Shown here: positions 17,185 to 24,069 of the stretch, one piece after another | How positions within the stretch are numbered: position 1 is the stretch's first letter | How the letters are laid out: each line of letters opens with the position of its first letter | Virus record (IMG/VR): IMGVR_UViG_3300029318_000101 | Location: 1-24,069 of that record | Origin: a virus | Taxonomy: Duplodnaviria; Caudoviricetes | Strand: one strand, 5' to 3' | Length of the DNA: 24,069 nucleotides | Notes under the pieces: generated by a model | The model's input: only the letters and a program-made list of their open reading frames with translations | What the model was told of the DNA's origin: nothing | Databases searched by the model: none | Made by a program: the position numbers and the translations under genes

Positions 17185-18965
17185 TTACTATACCGATTGT
17201 CATACCCGCCTTCGGCGTCCAGTGGTAAATCAGGTGCCCATGTTGGGGGAACACACATATGGGCGATAAGTTTATCCATTGTAGCACACGGTTCTTCTTT
17301 TGGGCCAATTAAAACTATTTCGTCATGGACAGTTAATACAGGTGTAACGTCTAAATTTTGATCTTTTTCTATTCGCAACAAGGCGTCTGTGACAACAAGT
17401 CTAGACAAGGCTTGCACAACATTTTCTGTTATTTTACCGCCCCATGTGTTTTCTATTGAGTTGCGACCATCGTAAATTAGTCCGCCTTTATAAAAACGCA
17501 AATCAGGATACTTTAAAGCAAGCGTGTTAGGCAGCACAATTGATCGGTCTGTAAATGTCAAGCATCCCCATTCTTCATAGGTGGCGGGTAATATTGTGCT
17601 GGCAAGTTTATGTTCTAGGCGTTGCCATAGGGTAGGAATATGAAAATAAGTAGATCTATAAGTAGAAATGATGCTTACTGCTTCAGATTGTTCTATGCCC
17701 ATGTTAAGGGTATTTTTAAATTTAGTTGCTCCCATACCATAGCCAAGACCAAGTATAGCTGTTTTGCCTACAAAACGCTCAGTTGGGTGGTCTTTTTTAT
17801 TTATTGGTTTGCCATATATTTTAGAAGCAAAGTTAGAGTATATGTCTTCACCATCTCTAAATTGTTGTAGCAAGTCTTCTTGGCCAGCTAACCATGCGAG
17901 CATTCTAGCTTCTATGTTTGATAAATCTGCTACAAATATTAATTTGCCATCGGGTGCACATAATGCTTCTCTAATTGGAGAGTTACGAGGCATGTTTTGC
18001 ATGTTAATTTTTTCCGTACCACCAAACCTGCCTGTATGGGCAGCATAGTATTTTAGTGGTACACTAATAGTGCCGTCGTCATGTGCAGCGTCAATAAAGC
18101 GCTGGGCTCGTGTTTCGTTTATGCGACTCTTGACTGCGGTTCGCGCTTCCCAAATTTTATTGTGTTGTGGATACATCTTTTGTAACTGTAAAAATGCTTT
18201 GTCATTTTTGCCTAATGCAGGTATGTTTTTACCTGTAGTAGGGCTTACTTTAGTAGGTACAGTTATACCCATAGATTCTAGTAACTCAGAAAACTGTTTG
18301 TTACTAGCTAAAACAGCTCGTAGTATGCCACTTGCTTCTATAGTTTCTTTACTACGTCGTGCTTCAGAGTTCCTGTATTTCTTTAATGCAGGTACATCAA
18401 CAAATAATTTAGGTTCGCAAAACATTCGACAGGTTAAATCAATAATGTCGAGTTCGTCTAATGGCATTCTTTTAGTGAGGTTTTTATAAATTGCCCAAGT
18501 TAGTTCTACATCTTGTATGCAGTAGCCTGCTATTTTTTGTTCTAATTCTTCTGATAAATCAAAATGACCCTTTGCGTCCGCCAGCTCCTCTCCTTTGCGC
18601 ATACGATCGTCGTCTGGCCATAGACGAATGGCTATATCTTTCAGTCGAGCCGATTGATATGGATATAAAGCCCTACCAATTGCGGCGGTGTCCAAATAAT
18701 AACTGGGAATTAGTCCGTAGTGTTGTGTAAGAATATAACCGTCAAAAGGAGTGTTGTGACACAACAAAGTTGCATCTGACCAATCTATTTCTTGAAGAGC
18801 AGATCTTGCTTCTTCTTCGCCATACCATTCTGCTGGTTCGTCATCTATTTTTATGCCTACGCCCCAGACTTTAAAATTGTCATGGTTGACGTAGTCCATA
18901 GTGGTCATTTTAGTGAGGGATAACTTACTGTCGTAGTAAGTTTCGAAGTCAAGTGTAACTAACAT
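17181..18965 (-). CDS. polA: Family A DNA polymerase with a 3'-5' exonuclease domain and no 5'-3' exonuclease
   Basis: ExoI LDFETY, HN..FD, YC.QDV; TGRF; motif A ADLSNIEAR, motif B RFVGKTAILGLGYG, motif C VHDE. Confidence 0.95.
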   Translation of the reverse strand: MLVTLDFETYYDSKLSLTKMTTMDYVNHDNFKVWGVGIKIDDEPAEWYGEEEARSALQEIDWSDATLLCHNTPFDGYILTQHYGLIPSYYLDTAAIGRALYPYQSARLKDIAIRLWPDDDRMRKGEELADAKGHFDLSEELEQKIAGYCIQDVELTWAIYKNLTKRMPLDELDIIDLTCRMFCEPKLFVDVPALKKYRNSEARRSKETIEASGILRAVLASNKQFSELLESMGITVPTKVSPTTGKNIPALGKNDKAFLQLQKMYPQHNKIWEARTAVKSRINETRAQRFIDAAHDDGTISVPLKYYAAHTGRFGGTEKINMQNMPRNSPIREALCAPDGKLIFVADLSNIEARMLAWLAGQEDLLQQFRDGEDIYSNFASKIYGKPINKKDHPTERFVGKTAILGLGYGMGATKFKNTLNMGIEQSEAVSIISTYRSTYFHIPTLWQRLEHKLASTILPATYEEWGCLTFTDRSIVLPNTLALKYPDLRFYKGGLIYDGRNSIENTWGGKITENVVQALSRLVVTDALLRIEKDQNLDVTPVLTVHDEIVLIGPKEEPCATMDKLIAHMCVPPTWAPDLPLDAEGGYDNRYSK

Positions 18966-19147
18966 TATTCGTCTCTGCCTTGAGCGTCTAAACGTGCTTT
19001 TTCTATTGCTATTTTTATCCCTGATAATTCATCGTGAATAAAATCAGTAGTTTTATTGAGTTGTTTTAATCGCGTAGCAGCATCAGAAAATATTTCTATA
19101 ATTGCATCTACTTGATCACGTTCTAATTCTATAGTTATTTTACTCAT
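18965..19147 (-). CDS. Hypothetical coiled-coil protein
   Basis: Likely ATG at 19147 (MSKITIEL...); TAATG coupling to the polymerase gene. Confidence 0.6.
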   Translation of the reverse strand: MSKITIELERDQVDAIIEIFSDAATRLKQLNKTTDFIHDELSGIKIAIEKARLDAQGRDE

Positions 19148-19358
19148 AAAGTAAACCCTCTGCGTTGTGAGAATCACATTCGCGTTGTGCGTATATTTCG
19201 CCTTCTATATTTTCAAAGTCAAATTCTAAAGCGGAATAAAGAGTAGGCCGTTCTTTTTTTAACCATGTAGCCATATACAAAGCTTTTTCTTGTAAATTAA
19301 AATTAGGGTTATTTTCATGCAATTCGTTTAATCTGTGTAAGTATTCATTAGTTCCCAT
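19140..19358 (-). CDS. Hypothetical protein
   Basis: 72 aa with a strong AAGGAGATATATT-ATG RBS. Confidence 0.7.
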   Translation of the reverse strand: MGTNEYLHRLNELHENNPNFNLQEKALYMATWLKKERPTLYSALEFDFENIEGEIYAQRECDSHNAEGLLYE

Positions 19359-19375
19359 AATATATCTCCTTGTTA

Positions 19376-19716
19376 AGCCCGTTGAGCGTGAAAGGTGGGC
19401 GAAACCTTTGCAAAGGTGTCAATGCACACGTTGTAACTTGACAGCTATAGGTTCGCTATAGCAGCTTACCGGTCAATACTTAAACTTCCCAATAGAAGTC
19501 CCATGCCACGCTAAAAGATGCTGACGCGCATTCCACGGCTACCGACGAAAATCAAATTATGATCTTTTGTATAGCCTCCTGCCCGTCCCAGCTTACGCAG
19601 TCCCAACTACGGATTTACAGTTTCTTCTGGGTCATTTGTTTGTGGGAGTAATCCCACTTCTCATCATCAGGTGACCAAGCCCCGACTAGCCAGTTACTAG
19701 CTGGCACGTTCGTTTT
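19376..19716 (+). ncRNA. Candidate structured non-coding RNA A (multi-branch, family unrecognised)
   Basis: Nested stems: 19376-82/19535-40, AGCGTG 19385-90/CACGCT 19507-12, GTGGG 19395-99/CCCAT 19500-04, palindrome 19404-17, GCTATAG-GTTCG-CTATAGC 19444-62, and GGTCATTTG 19630-38/CAGGTGACC 19668-76 enclosing GTGGGA-GTAA-TCCCAC. The core is about 48% GC by hand count, higher than the flanks. Confidence 0.6.
19689..19716 (+). terminator. Possible intrinsic terminator closing RNA A
   Basis: GCCAGTT-ACT-AGCTGGC hairpin (one U-G pair on +) followed by an imperfect T-rich tract, ACGTTCGTTTT. Confidence 0.3.
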
Positions 19717-19876
19717 GCCATTGCTCTATACGTTTAATATATTCAAGAGCAATAGACGTTGTACCTTCTAAGAATCTAGCAGTAGGTATTGTTACATCTG
19801 CTACATCTTTAGAATTTTTGGCATAAATTTCTTGTAGATCTTTTTTAATTGAGTCAATAAATTCTTCTGGTTCCAT
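19697..19876 (-). CDS. Hypothetical 59-aa protein (not in the ORF track)
   Basis: AAGGAG-AAAAACA-ATG start; MEPEEFIDSIKKDLQEIYAKNSKDVADVTIPTARFLEGTTSIALEYIKRIEQWQNERAS. Confidence 0.65.
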   Translation of the reverse strand: MEPEEFIDSIKKDLQEIYAKNSKDVADVTIPTARFLEGTTSIALEYIKRIEQWQNERAS

Positions 19877-20109
19877 TGTTTTTCTCCTTCAAGCCACTCG
19901 ACTGGTTCATCCCAATAGCCTTTGAAATTAAGAGACTCTTCTGAACTAAGTTTACGGGTGGTGGCACCAACGCAAGCATTAGCCATTCCTTCGCCGTAAT
20001 ATTTTCTTATATTGGCATAAAATAACCGTTCAGCTTCCTCTTCACTTTCCGCTTTAACTACTTTTTCAAATGTTTCGATTGCTTGAGTAAAAAGATAATA
20101 GTTGTTCAT
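19801..20109 (-). CDS. Hypothetical protein
   Basis: V.AESEEEA motif common in small phage proteins; ATGA coupling to the VWA gene. Confidence 0.6.
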   Translation of the reverse strand: MNNYYLFTQAIETFEKVVKAESEEEAERLFYANIRKYYGEGMANACVGATTRKLSSEESLNFKGYWDEPVEWLEGEKQWNQKNLLTQLKKIYKKFMPKILKM

Positions 20110-21206
20110 GACTCCTCCATATTTATTTTACATAGTTGACCCCAAGGGGCATCTAAGTTAGTAGTTGCTACCCATAAAACTGGGTATGGTGGGTGCTCAC
20201 CAAAGTCATTAGACTCAAGATCTGTAAGGTATACAGCTGCTTCTACTTCAGGGCATTTTTCTGTTACATAATCAAATGCAGGTGAAAAGCGTGTACCGCC
20301 GCCACCTGTCTTTAGTTTTTCTGGTAAGTTACCATCTGGTTCAATTTCTATATGATCTTGAACTTCGTAGTCACAAGTGATTATGTGTACTTTTGTTGGC
20401 CGTAACTCTCTGTGTATTGCTGAAAACTCTGACATAAACTGATCATAATAACTCATACATGACCCACTAGTGTCAACAATGAGAGCGAGCTCGCCTGCAG
20501 CTTCTTCATACAAGCTGGGTAAGTATTCGTCTTCTGATATGTATGCACGGTTTGGTTTACGAAATGAGTAATCAGTGTGAGCAATAGATGAACAGAAAGG
20601 CCAAAGGGCAGAACGCCAATCCACACGAGGTTTGACTATGTCTTTAAGAAACGACTCAAGGTGCCCGGGCATCTTGCCTGCTGCTTTAGCTGTTTCGATA
20701 GCTTGCGTTGTTGCAATTTGCCAGTCAGCTTCAAGTGAAGAAGCATCTGCTGGTGGGTCGTTGATTGTACCCCAACCAACTGATGGTACTTTGTCTATAC
20801 CGTGTTCATCAATGAGCATAGGGTAGATAGCTTCTGGTGATAAGTTATCGTACTTGTCATCTAACAATGCATCGGTTGGCAACACAAAACCTGATTTAAT
20901 TACTAAGGGATTGATCGCATAATCACAAGCTGCGTTCCATACCTTTGGGTCGCGTTCCTTGCGACGTGATCCGTGGTTCCCGGTACAATGTAGAACCTCG
21001 TGAGCAATAACGCCACGAAGTTCTAGATTGGATATTTTCTTAGTAACAAAGTCACCGTTGTACATAATTGATTTGCCATCCGTGGCACATGTTTTACATT
21101 TTTCATCATCCTGTATGAGTTTAAGTTTAAGAGCTAGTGTCCCAAAGAATGGAGCATCTAAGATCATATTTGCTCGTGCTTTGAGCATTTCACCTTCTGC
21201 TGACAT
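20106..21206 (-). CDS. DUF2201-type putative metallopeptidase with a C-terminal VWA domain
   Basis: PFFG, ATDG, HEVLH (HExxH), WNAACD.AIN, V.W, Y...PNR; MIDAS motifs DTSGS, GGGT.F and YLTD. Confidence 0.9.
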   Translation of the reverse strand: MSAEGEMLKARANMILDAPFFGTLALKLKLIQDDEKCKTCATDGKSIMYNGDFVTKKISNLELRGVIAHEVLHCTGNHGSRRKERDPKVWNAACDYAINPLVIKSGFVLPTDALLDDKYDNLSPEAIYPMLIDEHGIDKVPSVGWGTINDPPADASSLEADWQIATTQAIETAKAAGKMPGHLESFLKDIVKPRVDWRSALWPFCSSIAHTDYSFRKPNRAYISEDEYLPSLYEEAAGELALIVDTSGSCMSYYDQFMSEFSAIHRELRPTKVHIITCDYEVQDHIEIEPDGNLPEKLKTGGGGTRFSPAFDYVTEKCPEVEAAVYLTDLESNDFGEHPPYPVLWVATTNLDAPWGQLCKINMEES

Positions 21207-21207
21207 A

Positions 21208-21948
21208 TTAGCCTCCTACTATTTTTGCCGTTAGAATTACTTGGTTAGCTGCTGTTGTATCAATGTTTGTTTTTTCACGTACTTTTTGTGCACGTTGTTT
21301 GCGTGTTACTTTCTCGTTCATCCTTTGTAATTTTTCAGGTGGTATGAATGATTCTAAACCGGGGAATATTTCTAAAGCTTGTTTGATGGTATTAGAATTC
21401 TCAAGTGTATCTTTAATAGTTTTCTTGAAAGCTGTTTTGCGATTTTCCCATGCTTGTAAGTCATCTCTAAATTTATCTCGTAAAGGTACTATTTTTAGTA
21501 GATCATCTGGAGATAATAGATCTAAATACAAAGGTGTGTTTGTATAGTAACTAGTATCTGTACTACGCCACTTCATTGGTATGTCAAAAGTAACTGTAAC
21601 AGGCACATCGGTTGGTTGTCTTTTAGTAGCATGAGAATTATACAAAACTACGTGATCTTTACTCTCTATTTTTGGTATAAGATGACCTTCAAATATAGAA
21701 TCATTTAATGCACTTTTGTATATGTCATTTTCGTTTGGATCTTCTAGACGCTTTGCATGAACTTCTTGGTCAAATAAAGCAACTATTTTTCTCATATACT
21801 TTTGATGATTTGAATTTGCAACGCCGTCTTTAACAGCTTGTTGAAGTTCGTGTCCAGCTTTTGGTTCTGGGTCAGCTGCTTTAAAAGCATCTGATGCTTT
21901 TCGTTGGATTGTTTCTTTAAGTTCTCTGGTTAATCGTACTGATGCCAT
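21208..21948 (-). CDS. Nmad5-like (nucleotide-modification-associated domain 5) protein
   Basis: N-terminal VRLTRELKETI and C-terminal L....TIKQALEIFPGLESFIP match my recollection of the Nmad5 pattern; strong RBS. Confidence 0.55.
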   Translation of the reverse strand: MASVRLTRELKETIQRKASDAFKAADPEPKAGHELQQAVKDGVANSNHQKYMRKIVALFDQEVHAKRLEDPNENDIYKSALNDSIFEGHLIPKIESKDHVVLYNSHATKRQPTDVPVTVTFDIPMKWRSTDTSYYTNTPLYLDLLSPDDLLKIVPLRDKFRDDLQAWENRKTAFKKTIKDTLENSNTIKQALEIFPGLESFIPPEKLQRMNEKVTRKQRAQKVREKTNIDTTAANQVILTAKIVGG

Positions 21949-21971
21949 GATATATCTCCTATATAAAATTA

Positions 21972-22245
21972 AGTTGGTAGTGCGTTGCAGGTTCTTGGTG
22001 CACTACTCCAAGTTATCCACCTCGTATCGAAAGGTTAACCCTGTGTGTAATTACGGTTGGCTAGAGACACCGTGGCTCTAGACAAGGAGCGCCTTCATGT
22101 CAAGCGTCAACCTCATTCTGTCAAATAGTTTTGGGGTAACATGCTTCGTCATATCTATTCGCAAATTACTCGGCCGAGGTTACTCGCGGTATGTTACTAG
22201 CTTTCTACCTACATGACCCGCCGGTTAAACCAGAATGTTTTGTTT
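21972..22245 (+). ncRNA. Candidate structured non-coding RNA B (family unrecognised)
   Basis: Stems: GTAGTGCGTTG 21977-87/TGGTGCACTAC 21996-22006; GGTTGG 22055-60/TCAACC 22107-12 enclosing CTAGAG/CTCTAG and AAGG/CCTT; CATTCTG 22114-20/CAGAATG 22231-37 enclosing GTAACATGC 22136-44/GTATGTTAC 22189-97; then TTTTGTTT. Confidence 0.58.
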
Positions 22246-23242
22246 ACAGAAAGACATCAGCGTTTGCTTTTGTCCATTCTGTGAATGACTTCTCTTGTAA
22301 CAATGTTCGATCTTTAGCCATTGCGTCACGCATGACATAGATTTGAAACTCTGGTGGCATACGTTTTACGTATTTCATGAGTTTATCAAAGTTGCTTTTG
22401 TCAACCATACTAGTAACAAGACCGCAGATTGCATAAAGCAAACTGATGTCGTCAGGTACTTTAGTAGTTGTTGGTTTGTTGAGCAAATCTTCACGGGTTG
22501 GTAGATTGCCGTAAGCAGCTTTGAATGCAAGAAACTCGCCAGCGGCTCCATCGCCAACAAGTGATGCAACGCCATAAAACTCATCGTTCATGAAAGGGAG
22601 CTTTTTACTTACGTAAGTCCACGTACGTGGTGTTGGTGATGCATTTTCGTTAGGATCTACATTGTGTAACAACGCAGGTCTGAAACGAATAAAACTGATG
22701 ATACTTGGGTCAATATCGTTTTGAACTGCCCAAGCAGCCCAGTCGTCAACGTTAGCTTCAAGCTCGTAATGAGCAAAGCGGGTCTTGACTGGTGTTGGCA
22801 TTTCGTGAACCGCGGCCCGATCCTTGGCTCGGTTACCACATGCAATCTTTACAGTGTTTGGTGGTAATTGATATGTACCAACTTTGTTCATTGTAAGTAA
22901 CTGCAACAATGCATTTTGTGTAGCTTTGGGTGCACAAGGTAATTCATCAATAAGAAGAACTACAATACCTTGATAATCGGGATCCGGATAGTCTTCCGGA
23001 ACACCGTAACGGGTTCTGTAGCTACCGTCTTTTTGTTCTACAACTTTTAAGCCACCGCGTACATCGACGGGGTCAAATAAGTTTGCACGTATTTCAAACA
23101 CTTTGGCACCGATCTCCATAGCAATTTGATATACAATTTCGGACTTACCTAAGCCGGGGCCACTCCAGATCATTGTATTGACATCTGCTTTTGCATTTGC
23201 CATTACTTCTTCTTTCAGGCTTGTTGGTTTGATGGTTCTCAT
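22244..23242 (-). CDS. MoxR-type (AAA_5/CbbQ-like) AAA+ ATPase
   Basis: Walker A GPGLGKS, D.VDVRG, Walker B LLIDE, QNALLQL, GNR..D, Arg finger TRF and PTPRTW; CAGGAGG RBS. Confidence 0.92.
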   Translation of the reverse strand: MRTIKPTSLKEEVMANAKADVNTMIWSGPGLGKSEIVYQIAMEIGAKVFEIRANLFDPVDVRGGLKVVEQKDGSYRTRYGVPEDYPDPDYQGIVVLLIDELPCAPKATQNALLQLLTMNKVGTYQLPPNTVKIACGNRAKDRAAVHEMPTPVKTRFAHYELEANVDDWAAWAVQNDIDPSIISFIRFRPALLHNVDPNENASPTPRTWTYVSKKLPFMNDEFYGVASLVGDGAAGEFLAFKAAYGNLPTREDLLNKPTTTKVPDDISLLYAICGLVTSMVDKSNFDKLMKYVKRMPPEFQIYVMRDAMAKDRTLLQEKSFTEWTKANADVFL

Positions 23243-23266
23243 GAATATCCTCCTGATATATAAATG

Positions 23267-23518
23267 TTAAGGTTGGTCAACTAAATACTGTAAATGTTCT
23301 GGTACATCTTTGAGAGTTAATTGAGGTTTTGGTTTGGGTGGTAATATTTTATCAAGCTTTTCTAAAAACTCGATTGTTGGCTGTATGTTGCCATATATAG
23401 TTGATTCGAAAACACTACGTGTCACACCCATTTTTTTGTACACATCGACGTGACGAAGTTTTTTGGACTTCATTCGTAGTTTTACTTCTTTGTAGTTTAG
23501 TTTGATTTGCTTTTTCAT
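23267..23518 (-). CDS. Cro/XRE-like helix-turn-helix DNA-binding protein
   Basis: L...DVYKKMGVTRSVFESTIYG...PT...L.KL pattern; AGGAG RBS. Confidence 0.75.
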   Translation of the reverse strand: MKKQIKLNYKEVKLRMKSKKLRHVDVYKKMGVTRSVFESTIYGNIQPTIEFLEKLDKILPPKPKPQLTLKDVPEHLQYLVDQP

Positions 23519-23550
23519 GATGTTCTCCTGTTGAGTTTAGTAGTTTGTGT

Positions 23551-23742
23551 TTAAGTAGAGCTAATCGTTTTTGTTGTTTTGTTAGTGGCATTTTTGCATT
23601 TGTCCCGTATGTCACATTCGATCCATAAGCCAAACAGAATAATTTGAGAGCCTATGAAGCGTATAAATCTTCCCGCTTCTCTTATTATTCTACCAAGGAT
23701 ATGAAAAATGTAAGCTAATGTGTTGAAAATAATTGGTTTCAT
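23551..23742 (-). CDS. Hypothetical small amphipathic protein
   Basis: 63 aa with an AAGGA RBS, starting just after the upstream stop. Confidence 0.55.
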   Translation of the reverse strand: MKPIIFNTLAYIFHILGRIIREAGRFIRFIGSQIILFGLWIECDIRDKCKNATNKTTKTISST

Positions 23743-23744
23743 TT

Positions 23745-24047
23745 TTATGTTCCTTCTCTAGAGGGTATAGAAATTGATGTTCGAAGTTCTTTCCAAGCTT
23801 CTATTCTGTTGTCTATTGCATATGCAAGATCTGTTTTTGGAGTATGTTCATCTCTCCGTGCTACGTTTTGCATATCTCGTTGAAGTGCGTGAATAAACTC
23901 TATAGCACTTGCATGGGCATTTTTTATTTGCTCATGATATTGTTCGTATTCCTCATGATATTGTTCGTGTTTTAATGCAGCTGCAATTTCTTTAGTATTG
24001 AGTGCAATTTGATCTAGCCTGTCTGCGATTACATGTTCGTAAGCCAT
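23745..24047 (-). CDS. Hypothetical helical protein
   Basis: 100 aa with an AGGAG RBS. It contains a 17-bp direct repeat with 21-bp period at 23931-23968 (EQYHE x2). Confidence 0.65.
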   Translation of the reverse strand: MAYEHVIADRLDQIALNTKEIAAALKHEQYHEEYEQYHEQIKNAHASAIEFIHALQRDMQNVARRDEHTPKTDLAYAIDNRIEAWKELRTSISIPSREGT

Positions 24048-24069
24048 AAAGATTCTCCTAATTGATGAT

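Noticed and set aside
19376-19430. Resemblance to group II intron domain V (AGCCCG..GTGAAA) or a c-di-GMP-I riboswitch (GGCGAAACC..GCAA..GG)
   Set aside because: The 3' arm of a domain V does not pair, and the GACGCAAAG/P2 elements of the riboswitch are missing.
19598-19676. Hammerhead-like core on the - strand (CUGAUGA ... GAAAC-stem-GUU)
   Set aside because: Stem II does not form next to the core and stem I has a mismatch at its second pair. The region folds better on +.
19615-19707. 30-codon GTG-start frame on - (VPASNWLVGAWSPDDEKWDYSHKQMTQKKL)
   Set aside because: No RBS, very short, and it overlaps strong RNA helices. A frameshift extension of the upstream ORF is unsupported.
8727-21547. 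Numerous + strand ORFs opposite the replication genes, and alternate-frame ORFs nested in larger genes
   Set aside because: They lie over well-supported CDSs and show no recognisable motifs.
22060-22125. Three TTGAC -35-like hexamers on - in the intergenic block
   Set aside because: No convincing -10 element at 16-18 bp spacing. The hexamers coincide with predicted helices.
23415-23633. 72-aa - strand ORF
   Set aside because: It overlaps both neighbouring genes heavily (104 bp into the HTH gene) and has only a weak RBS.
1-24069. Alternative genetic code
   Set aside because: TAA, TAG and TGA all terminate genes at sensible positions, and long ORFs are intact under the standard bacterial code.

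Overview
AT-rich 24-kb fragment of a tailed dsDNA bacteriophage, with no integrase, tRNA, CRISPR array or host housekeeping genes visible. It has two convergent modules. The + strand (1-7924) is the end of the tail region: a 5'-truncated, repeat-rich J/DUF1983-type tail-tip/fibre protein with CBM5/12-like modules, two accessory tail proteins, a tail assembly chaperone and a small HNH protein. The - strand (24047 down to 7916) is an early/replication region: HTH regulator, MoxR-type AAA+ ATPase, Nmad5-like protein, DUF2201 metallopeptidase-VWA protein, family A DNA polymerase (Leu762 type), CsrA/RsmA homologue, primase-SF3 helicase, Cas4/RecB-like nuclease, small Zn-ribbon and membrane proteins, DUF1281/YubB-like and Gp88-like proteins, SNF2 helicase, putative SSB and a PD-(D/E)XK nuclease. 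The most unusual signal is a candidate RNA-level regulatory layer. Two ~270-340-nt, heavily base-paired non-coding blocks appear from their G-U wobbles, tetraloops and U-tails to fold on the + strand, antisense to the surrounding operon. They occur with a phage CsrA gene, a GGA hairpin over the primase RBS, and a 7-bp tandem repeat in the putative SSB leader. All family calls come from motif recognition by eye; no searches or folding programs were run.
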